Position numbers and translations under genes: made by a program. Of a DNA stretch of 64,000 nucleotides, positions 1 through 8,677 are shown piece after piece (positions within the stretch are counted from its first letter, which is position 1; each line of letters starts with the position of its first letter). The DNA comes from Mobula hypostoma (taxonomy: Eukaryota). The notes under the pieces were generated by a model. The model was not told the origin of the DNA. It made no database searches and saw nothing but the letters and a program-made list of their open reading frames with translations. The stretch lies in assembly GCF_963921235.1 (NCBI RefSeq), contig NC_086108.1:24924001-24988000 (forward strand), written 5' to 3'.

Positions 1-1118
1 AATGGAAGTAAGACACTCAGTTTAATTTGTTTTTGGCAGTTCAGGATTTTCACTACCATTGGAGAGTGGAATTTTGACAGGAATGATATAGACTGTTGAT
101 TAGCAATGGAGGAAATTTCCCTGCAGGAAAATTCCAGTGTATGACTGAAAAGTACATTTACAGTGAAGGAACTGGTAATGTCACCACATATAGATAGTTA
201 CAGCACCTAAATTCCAAGGGAATATCATGCATTGAGACTTTGGCTTGCTTGAGAGAACTGTCAACCGTCAGACAACAATGGAAGTGTAACGTTCATTTGA
301 AAATTGCTGTGGATTATATTTTCTCTGTTACTCACTTTGCCTAATTTTAAAATATGCCTAAGTTCACTGAGAGAGTAAAATAGCTTCTGAAATACTGGAG
401 CTCATGCAAAAAGATATGCTGCCTCGATCCTGGGTTTTCACTTGGGACAATATGTTTTTCTGTTGGACAGAATTGTCTTTCCTGTAATTTCATTAAAAAG
501 TATTAAAATCAATGGTCCCATGTTTTCCATTGATAATACCCAGCTTTCTGCTCTCTGTTTTGGTGCACACTAAATTACTTTAATGGTTGTCTTCCTGCCA
601 TTTAACAGAGCCACTTTTTTGGTAAAACCACCCTCTGCTCTTTGAACATGGAACAATCCCAATGGGGAATTCCAACTTAGAGATGGAGTTGTGACAGAAG
701 CGACAGAAGACATGAGTGGTACCCTTCTGCCAAATCAGTACAATTGAGGAAGACAAGTATGTTTTTACTTGCAATAACTGAAAGAGCAAAATGAAGAGCA
801 TCAGTCTGAAAGATGGGGAAGGCATTCTTTTGATGGATCTGAGGCTTGTTCATATCACCCATGTTGCAGAAGCAATAGTACTTCCTGTCACTTCCATCTG
901 AACTATCTAATTTACATTCCATTAGTAACATCACTCAGCAGACAGCACTCTTTATGTGCTGTGAAGTACACCTCACACATTCACTGTAATTTCACACCAT
1001 TATCCAAGTAACTGATGGGACTGTATTTTTAAGCCAAATCTTGACAGTGTACCTGCCCGGTACTGCTCTCTGTCATGCCTGTAGTTAGTTTCCTATGTCT
1101 GATGAAATTACACATTGA

Positions 1119-1565
1119 TTTAGAAAACAAAACAGTAATAGGCCCTCACACATCAAAGTTGCTGGTGAACGCAGCAGGCCAGGCAGCATCTCTAGGAAGA
1201 GGTGCTGCCTGACCTGCTGCATTCACCAGCAACTTTGATGGGTGTTGCTTGAATTTCCAGCATCTGCAGAATTCCTGTTGTTTGAGTAATAGGCCCTTTG
1301 GCCCGCGATGATGTGCCAACCTTATGACCTCTCTAAAATCAATCTAACCCTTCCCTCCAACATAGCCATGCATTTTTCCATCATCCATTAGCCTACGAGT
1401 TTTGTAAATATTCCTAATGTATCTGCCTTGACTACCATCCCTGGCAATGCATCCATACACCAACCATTCTCTGTGTAAAAGACGTAACTCTGACATCCCC
1501 CTTATGCTTTCCTCCAGTCACCTTAAAATTATGCCACCTTGTACTAGCTATTTCTGCCCTGGAAA
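1119..1565 (-). mobile_element. Old CR1 LINE 3' remnant, interrupted by a palindromic PLE mini-element
   Basis: Reverse complement of a CR1 3' UTR and C-terminus (aggccctttggccc..., accattctctgtgtaaaa, ccttaaaattatgcc), similar to other CR1 ends in the window. Confidence 0.65.
1147..1284 (+). mobile_element. Palindromic Penelope-derived mini-element with 13-bp TSD
   Basis: Inverted arms cacacatcaaagttgctggtgaacgcagcaggccaggcagcatct / aggtgctgcctgacctgctgcattcaccagcaactttgatgggtg, followed by an unpaired tail. TSD agtaataggccct at 1134-1146 and 1285-1297. The sequence matches the PLE 3' end at 4410-4495. Confidence 0.9.
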
Positions 1566-1899
1566 AAAAGAAGTCACTGGCTATAAAGAGTCTGACTTTG
1601 GCGGGTGTCTAACTCGAATACACCTTTACTCCCTTCTAGACCGTGATGACTCTTGTCCCAGATTATCCAAGTCTTGTGATGGATCTGATACAGGATGATC
1701 CTCTTGACTGTCTAGTCAAAGAACAGAAGTGGAAATGGAAACAATGCAGCAACAATATCAATGGTAGAAGTCTCATGTAGCTCATGAAGAACTCTTCTTA
1801 AGCTGTGCTACACAGGCAACCTGCCAGCTCCCAGCCAATAGGTGCGCAATGTCTGGGATGCCATAAAGCCTATTAAAAACACTTGGCATTTCTATTAGA

Positions 1900-2380
1900 A
1901 AATGCCAGGACTGGTTAATAGCAATGATGGTTAAGTCTAGTAAATAGTGAACAGCAAAATGGAAGGCATTCTGTGACTTGAACCTCTGCCACATCTCAAA
2001 AGAGAGAAACAGTTCAGCAGGCCCCAGGCAGTCAATGTCCAACAGAAAATCTCGGACCTAAGAAACAGATGGTGGGTGGAAGAAGTGCAGGACATCCAGT
2101 AACTTGCTAATGACTTTGGCATGCATTGATTCTTCAGCACTGTCAAAGCCATCTGCAACCCAAGCACCCAAGGGCCTACCCTGATGAATGCCAAGAATGG
2201 TGGTGAATGTATCAAGGACAAAGAATCAGACATCCTTTATAGGAAGAAACATCACAAACAACCCAACTGTAACTCTCCTTGCTCTGACATCATCCCACAG
2301 CAGCCTGCATGGCAGCACAAGAAATAACTGCTGGTTGAACTTGCAGATATGTTTGAAAGAACCAGAAAACTGATTGGAAA
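1900..2380 (+). mobile_element. Degenerate RTE-clade LINE fragment
   Basis: Interrupted translation ...QDIQ*LANDFGMH*FFSTVKAICNPSTQGPTLMNAKNGGECIKDKE resembles the RTE endonuclease-RT linker. Confidence 0.45.
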
Positions 2381-2726
2381 ATAGAACCTGGATTTAGAAT
2401 GGGTAATGACTGTTTTGCTCTCCAGGATGTGTCCTGGAAACTGTTAAACAAATATTTAAAGTTGTGCTTGAAAGACTGACAGAAGCAATCACAGCAGTGG
2501 ATATTCTTCTCTCTTAAGTACTAAGCCCAGTGTTTCTGGACAGACTTAAGAAGCTAGGGATCTGACTGGATACGTTTGATCTGAACAAGGTACCGAAGGG
2601 GAAATGTTATCCAAGAAATACAATGGAAGGCATCCTAACCAAAAGAGATCCTGAGATGCTGGAAATCCAGAGCAATACACACAAAATGCTGGAAGAACTC
2701 AGCAGGCCAGGCCAGGAAATGGATAC

Positions 2727-2766
2727 ACAGCCGACATTTCAGGCTAAGACCCTTCTTCAGGACCGG
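2727..2766 (-). ncRNA. Minimal hammerhead ribozyme motif (degenerate), PLE pLTR
   Basis: Minus strand: ccggtc CTGAAGA a ggg tcttag cct GAAA tGTC ggctgt. Confidence 0.6.
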
Positions 2767-2954
2767 AAAGGAAGGAGGAAGACGACAAGAGAAAATGGTA
2801 GGGGGAGGGGAAGGATAGCTAGAGGGAGATAGGTGAAGCCAAGTAGGTAGGAAAGGCAAACACAAAGAAATCTGCAGATACTGGAAATTCAAGCAAAACA
2901 CATCAAAGTTGCTGGTGAACGCAGCAGGCCAGGCAGCATCTCTAGGAAGAGGTA

Positions 2955-2997
2955 CAGTCGACGTTTCGGGCCAAGACCCTTCGTCAGGAGTAACTGA
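2955..2997 (-). ncRNA. Minimal type I hammerhead ribozyme motif (core intact, one stem I mismatch)
   Basis: Minus strand: tcagttactc CTGACGA a ggg tcttgg ccc GAAA cGTC gactg. Confidence 0.75.
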
Positions 2998-4353
2998 AGG
3001 AAGAGCTAGTAAGAAATTTGAAAATGGGAGGGGGAGGGGGAGATCCAAAATGATAGGAGAAGACAGGAGGGGGAGGGATAGAGCCAAGAGCTGGACAGGT
3101 GATAGGCAAAAGGGATATGAGAGGATCATGGGACAGGAGGCCCAGGGAGAAAGAAAAGGGGGAGGGGGGGAAACACAGAGGATGGGCAAGGGGTATAGTC
3201 AGAGGGACAGTGGGAGAAAAAGAATGTGTATATATAAATAAATAATGGATGGGGTACAAGGGGGAGGTGGGGCATTAGTGGAAGTTAGAGAAGTCAATGT
3301 TCATGCCATCAGTTTGGATGCTACCCAGACGGAATATAAGGTGTTGTTCCTCTAACCTGAGTGTGGCTTCATCTTTACAGTAGAGGAGGCCATGGATAGA
3401 TATGTCAGAATGGGAATGGGATATGGAATTAAAATGTGTGGCCACTGGGAGATCCTGCTTTCTCTAGCGGACAGAACGTAGGTGTTCAGCAAAACGGTCT
3501 CCCAGTCTGCACTGGGTCTCACCAATATATAAAAGGCTGCATCGGGAGCACCGGATGCAGTATATCACCCCAGCCAACTCACAGGTGAAGTGTCACCTTA
3601 CCTGGAAGGACTGTTTGGGGCCCTGAATGGTGGTAAGGGAGGAAGTGTAAGGGCAAGTGTAGCACTTGTTCCGCTTACAAGGATAATTGCCAGGAGGGAG
3701 ATCAGTGGGGAGGGATGGGGCGGACGAATGGACAAGGGAGTCGCGTAGGAAGCGATCCCTGCGGAAAGCAGGTGGGGGGGGGGGGAAGATGTGTTTAGTG
3801 CGCTTACAAGGATAAGTTCCAGGAGGGAGATCAGTGACCGTTTTGCTGAACACCTACGCTCTGTCCGCCAGAGAAAGCAGGATCTCCCAGTGGCCACATA
3901 TTTTAATTCCACATCCATTCCCATTCTGACATGTCTATCCACGGCCTCCTCTACTGTAAAGATGAAGCCACACTCAGGTTGGAGGAACAACACCTTATAT
4001 TCCGTCTGGATAGCCTCCAACCTGATGGTATGACCATTGACTTCTCTAACTTCCGCTAATGCCCCACCTCCCCCCACCCCATCCGTTATTTATTTATATA
4101 CACAGATTCTTTCTCTCACTCTTCTTTTTCTCCCTTTGTCATTCTGACTATACCCCTTGCCCATCCTCTGTGTTTTTCCCCCCACCCTCCCCCTTTTCCT
4201 TCTCCCTGGGCCTCCTGTCCCATGATCCTCTCATATCCCTTTTGCCAATCACCTGTCCAGCTCTTGGCTCCATCCCTCACCCTCCTGTCTTCTCCTATCA
4301 TTTTGGATCTCCCCCTCCCCCTCCCACTTTCAAATCTCTTACTCGCTCTTCCT

Positions 4354-4396
4354 TCAGTTAGTCCTGACGAAGGGTCTCGGCCTGAATCGTCGACTG
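4354..4396 (+). ncRNA. Minimal hammerhead ribozyme motif, core mutated (GAAA to GAAT)
   Basis: tcagttagtc CTGACGA a ggg tctcgg cct GAAT cGTC gactg. Confidence 0.65.
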
Positions 4397-6334
4397 TACC
4401 TCTTCCTAGAGATGCTGCCTGGCCTGCTGCATTCACCAGCAACTTTGATGTGTGTTGCTTGAATTTCCAGCATCTGCAGAATTCCTCGTGTTTGCGGTAT
4501 ATAAAGTGTTGCTTTTCCACCTTGCGGGTGACTTCACTGTGGCAAAAGAGGAGGCCATGGACCGACATATCAGAACAAGAATGGAAATCACAGTTAAAAT
4601 GTTTGGCCACCGGAATGTTCTGCTTTTGGCGGATGGAGCGGATGTAGAGAAGGCTACATCGGGAGCACCGGGCACAGTAGACGACCCCAGCAGATTCGCA
4701 GGTGAAGTGTTGTCTTACCCGGAAGGATTTTTTGGGGCCTTGCCTGAATGGAGGTGAGGGAGGAGGTGAATGGGCAGATGTAGCACTTTGGCAGCTTACA
4801 GAGATAAGTGCTAGGAGGGAGATTAGTGGGGGAGGGACAAATGGACAAGGGGATCGCAGAGCGATTTTCACTATCAAAGGCAGAGAGTGTGGGGCGGGGG
4901 GCAGGAAGTAAAGATAACTCTAGTGATAAGATCCTTTTGGCGATGGCGGAAGTTGTGGAGAATGATTTGTTGGATGTGAAGGTTCATGGAGTGGTAGGAA
5001 TGCTATCACTATCAAAGCAGCAAGAAGATGAGGTGAGCGTGGATGTTTGGAAATGGAGGAGATGTGGCTGAGAGCAGCTATGGTGGTGGAAGGGAAACCC
5101 ATTCTTCAAAAAGGAGGACATTTCTGATGTCCTGGAAAGGAAAGCTGCATCCTGGGAACAGGTGCGGCCGAACTGAGAAAAAGGAATAACATTTTTACAG
5201 GAAACCGAGTGTGAGGAGGTGTAGTCCAGATAATGGTAGGAATTGGTAGGTTCAACAATTTCAACAGGTTGAACAATGTCAGTCAACTGTTCGTCTCCTG
5301 AGATGGAGAGAGTGAGAGATTGAGAAAGGGAAGAGTGGTCTCAGAAATGTACCAAATGAGTTTAAGAGCAGGGTGGAAGTTAGAGGCAAAGCTAATGAAA
5401 TTGATGAGTTAATCCTGGTTGCATGAAGCTGTACCAAAACAGTCATCAGTGTAGCAGAGAAAGATTTGGCATGTATTACCAGGGAAGGGTTGGAACATGG
5501 AAGACATCCTGCCAGATCGAAGTAAAGCAAGAATAGGTATGATGTATACATTTTGGCAGTGGAAGTTCAACAGTGCAATCACATCTTTGTTGGAATGTGA
5601 TATTAAAGTTTCAACTTATATTTATTATCAAAGTATGTATACAGAATGTAACCCTGTGATACATCCTCCTGCAGACAGCCACGAAACAAGAAAACACCAT
5701 GGAATTGTACAAGAAAACATCATAAACACACCAAAGAAAAGAACGAATTGCATGCACATCATAAAGCAAGTGAACAACACATAGAATATCAAACCAGTAG
5801 TATACAGTTTAGCTCAGTTCTGTACCATACCACTAGCTAAAGCAGACCACAGGGCTATTTTTCACCAGTCTACAGCGCTGATCAAGCTGTTTAAAAACGG
5901 GTAACCAGAATCCAGGAACACACACAACATCAACTTTGAAATCCCCAAAATGAGTCCACAGCCTTGGTGGCCAATCCTGGCAACATGGATCCCAAGACTC
6001 CTCAACTTTCAGAACTACAGCATCTTCAGTATTCAAGCTGTATACAATTCAGTCTTAACCTCATTGCTCTGATAATAAAGGATTGCATCCAATATGACTT
6101 TTAGCCATCCTGTTGACCTGTTCTGTTACCTTTAAAAACCTCTGGATATGTACTTCACTAATTCCCTGTTCCTCTATGCATCACATGGTTGATATACGGT
6201 ACATTAAATGATTTTTGTTTGTTTCATATCTGCCAGGCTACTTCCACTGTAAGCTTATTTTTAACAAACTTCAACAAATCTTTTGGGAGAGCTGGGTGGA
6301 TAGGGATTTTTTTTGTGTGTGATGAACAACACAC

Positions 6335-6600
6335 ATGGAGATTCAGTGCAAAACTAGAAATGGTCCTTGAAGGACTTGCTGTCATAAAGACCAAAGCAAA
6401 TGATATTATTGTCTTTGGAGAAGGACAGACTACCGCAGAGCTATGAGTCTTCAAAAACCAATGCAGGAACTTAAATTCAAATTTCAGGAGACAAAGCTCA
6501 CCTCCTAGAATTGCTTAGAGAGTCAAACTAAATGAATAGTGTCAGGAGTAATCCATGGAAGAGCATGGAGTAGAAGGGGAAACTAAATCTGATGATGAGT
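6335..6600 (+). mobile_element. Decayed Gypsy-type RT fragment
   Basis: KLEMVLEGLAVIKTKANDIIVFGEGQT resembles the Gypsy RT segment around the xADD motif. Confidence 0.45.
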
Positions 6601-6699
6601 TAACAAAAGAAGCACCACAGCCCTCTCCAGAACAAGGACACTGCAGCTCAACATCACAGCATCGGTGACTTGAGCTGAAAAGTAGAATTTAGGCATCAG

Positions 6700-7565
6700 T
6701 CCAAAAGGAATTAAAGTAATGCATTTGGAGTGGTGCAACATGGCAAGGAAATATAAATTAACAAGAAGAAATCGTGAGCAGTGGGCATAGGGGGCATGAA
6801 CGGTAAATAACCAGATTGCTACAGGCATTGGGACAGGTTCATTTGGTGGTTAAAGATGTATGCAGGATGCAATCCTTTGTTAACTGGGCTGAGGTAATGC
6901 TTGAGCGACATATGACACTAGTTGCAATCAAGAGAAAATCTGCAGATGCTGGAAATTTGAGCAACCCACACAAAATGCTGGAGGAACTCAGCAGGCCAAC
7001 CAGCATCTTGGAAAAGAGTACAGTCAATGTTTCAGCTCAAATGTTTTGGCCTGAAACGTCAACTGTACTCCTTTCCGAGATGCTGCCTGACTTGCTGAGT
7101 TCCTCCAGCATTTTGTGTGTATGACGCTAGTTAGCCACTGCTTGAAAGTTGCACCTGGATCTAGAAGCCACATTATGGTAAGGATAGTGAGGTTGCCAAA
7201 AAAAAGATGTTAATAATTCTATAAACCTGCAGTTTTGAGGGAAAACAAGATAAGATTAAATTGATTTCTTTGGAACAGAGGAGGCTGAGGGATGAGCTAT
7301 TAAAAGAAAATGAGGGGTTAAGAAAATAGAAAAGACCCATTAAACAAACAAAGGAGAATACATGATTCGAGGAAATAGGTGGAAGGGTAGTTGAATCCAG
7401 AAAATACCACTTAAGGATAGCGGAGGAAAAACCTTCATTAAATTGCTTGGATGTGCACCAAAGAAACTTTGACCTCCAAGGCCACAGGCCTGGCAGGGCA
7501 AAATGGCTGGGACTGATATGATGGGCTGAAAGACCTGCACTGTTAAGTTTCTACGATTCTTTCTG
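6700..7565 (+). mobile_element. Old CR1 3' remnant, interrupted by a palindromic PLE mini-element
   Basis: Degenerate CR1 ORF2 C-terminal and 3' UTR sequence ending tttctacgattct. Confidence 0.55.
6924..7119 (-). mobile_element. Palindromic Penelope-derived mini-element with 13-bp TSD
   Basis: A tail at 6924-6966 is followed by inverted arms cacacaaaatgctggaggaactcagcagg...agtacagtcaatgtttcag / ctgaaacgtcaactgtact...ctgagttcctccagcattttgtgtg. TSD tatgacactagtt (6911-6923) / tatgacgctagtt (7120-7132). Confidence 0.85.
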
Positions 7566-7734
7566 TTGTGTGAATTAAGTCATTGGAGAAAAGTACTGGC
7601 CGATAAGTAGCAGCTCACAGGAAAGCAGCCAGTGAGTGAGTGGGCCAGTGAAGGAGTGAAGCTTTGAGACTTTGACTTGAGAGGCTTCAACGGGAAGAGA
7701 CAGAGGACAAGATTGCTCGCAGTTAGTTTTTACA

Positions 7735-8676
7735 ATGCCTCCTGAGATGGTGATGTGCCTCTCATGTGAGATGTGGCAGTCTTGGGGGAAGGCCCCTCTC
7801 CCGCAGAGTCACATCTGCCAGAAGTGCATATGGCTGGGCGATCTAGAAGACTATGTAAGGAATCTGGAGCAGCAGCTGGATGACCTTCTACTCATAAGGG
7901 AGAATGAGGCAGTCGTAGATGAGAGCTACAGGGAGGTAGTCACACCTAGGCTGTCGGAAGCAGGTCATTGGGTGACAGTCAGAGGGGGGAAAGCGAAGCT
8001 GAGCAGACTGGTAGTGCAGAGCACCCCTGTAGCCATTCCCCAGCATAATAAGTTTACCGTCCTGGATACCGTTGGCGGGGACGACCGACCAGGTGTGAGC
8101 CACGGTGGCAGGGCCTCCGGCACTGAGTCTAACCCGGTGGTGCAGAAGGGTGGGACAGAGAAGAGGAGAGCTGTCGTCATTGGAGACTCTATAGTCAGGG
8201 GAGCGATCAGGAGATTTTGTGGACGTGAGAAGGACACCCGCATGATTTGTTGCCTCCCAGGTGCCAGGGTCCAAGATGTCTCTGACCAGGTGCACGACAT
8301 TCTGGTACGAGAGGGACAGCAACCAGAAGTCGTGGTACATGTTGGTACCAATGACATAGGCAGGAAGAGGGATGAGGTCCTGAAGTGTGAGTTTCGGAAA
8401 CTAGGCAGTAGGCTGAAGAACAGGACCTCAAGGGTGGTGTTCTCAGGATTGCTGCCAGTGCTATGTGACAGTGATGGTCAGAATTGTAGGAGATGGCAGT
8501 TGAATGCGTGGCTGAGGAGTCGCTGCAGGGGGCAGGGTTTTAGATTTTTGGATCATTGGGATCTCTTCTGGGGAAGGTGGGACCTGTACAGATTGGATGG
8601 GTTGCACCTGAACTCAAGGGGGAGCAATATCCTTGCAGGTAGGTTTGCTAGCATAGTTCTGGAGGGTTTAAACTAA
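7735..8676 (+). CDS. CR1 ORF1 protein: zinc finger/coiled coil plus SGNH (GDSL-like) esterase domain, open frame of 313 aa
   Basis: CxxC...CxxC N-terminus, then a heptad region, then SGNH blocks GDSIVRG, CLPGARV, HVGTND and DGLH. Confidence 0.9.
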   Translation: MPPEMVMCLSCEMWQSWGKAPLPQSHICQKCIWLGDLEDYVRNLEQQLDDLLLIRENEAVVDESYREVVTPRLSEAGHWVTVRGGKAKLSRLVVQSTPVAIPQHNKFTVLDTVGGDDRPGVSHGGRASGTESNPVVQKGGTEKRRAVVIGDSIVRGAIRRFCGREKDTRMICCLPGARVQDVSDQVHDILVREGQQPEVVVHVGTNDIGRKRDEVLKCEFRKLGSRLKNRTSRVVFSGLLPVLCDSDGQNCRRWQLNAWLRSRCRGQGFRFLDHWDLFWGRWDLYRLDGLHLNSRGSNILAGRFASIVLEGLN

Positions 8677-8677
8677 T

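Larger units (their letters stand above)
2856..4495. mobile_element. Young Penelope-like element in inverted configuration (long inverted repeat)
   Basis: The minus segment 2856-3800 encodes the GIY-YIG region (YPCKRNKCYTCPYTSSLTTIQGPKQSFQVR). The plus segment 3837-4495 encodes DRFAEHLRSVRQRKQDLPVA followed by the pLTR. Positions 2856-3498 are the reverse complement of 3837-4495. Confidence 0.9.
2637..5496 (-). mobile_element. Older Penelope-like retroelement (5' truncated), split by a younger PLE insertion
   Basis: The pLTR and tail lie at 2637-2855. GIY-YIG/thumb remnants lie at 4496-5460 (YLDYTSSHSVSCKNVIPFSQF; HFTCESAGVVYCARCSRC). The flanking 14-bp TSD is atggaaggcatcct (2623-2636) / atggaagacatcct (5497-5510), with one mismatch. 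Confidence 0.85.

Noticed and set aside
580..934. Two overlapping minus-strand ORFs in non-repetitive sequence
   Set aside because: No recognisable domain, no ASTN1 similarity and no convincing splice-site pair.
2635..4877. Long Pro/Ser/Leu-rich and Gly/Arg-rich ORFs (e.g. 2635-3189, 2909-3241, 4116-4877)
   Set aside because: Read-through of the pyrimidine/purine-biased PLE 3' UTR. The same peptides recur at every PLE copy.
7735..8676. Domesticated host esterase gene
   Set aside because: It sits in the normal ORF1 position of a CR1. Zero lesions in 0.94 kb against about four in 2.9 kb of ORF2 is compatible with chance.
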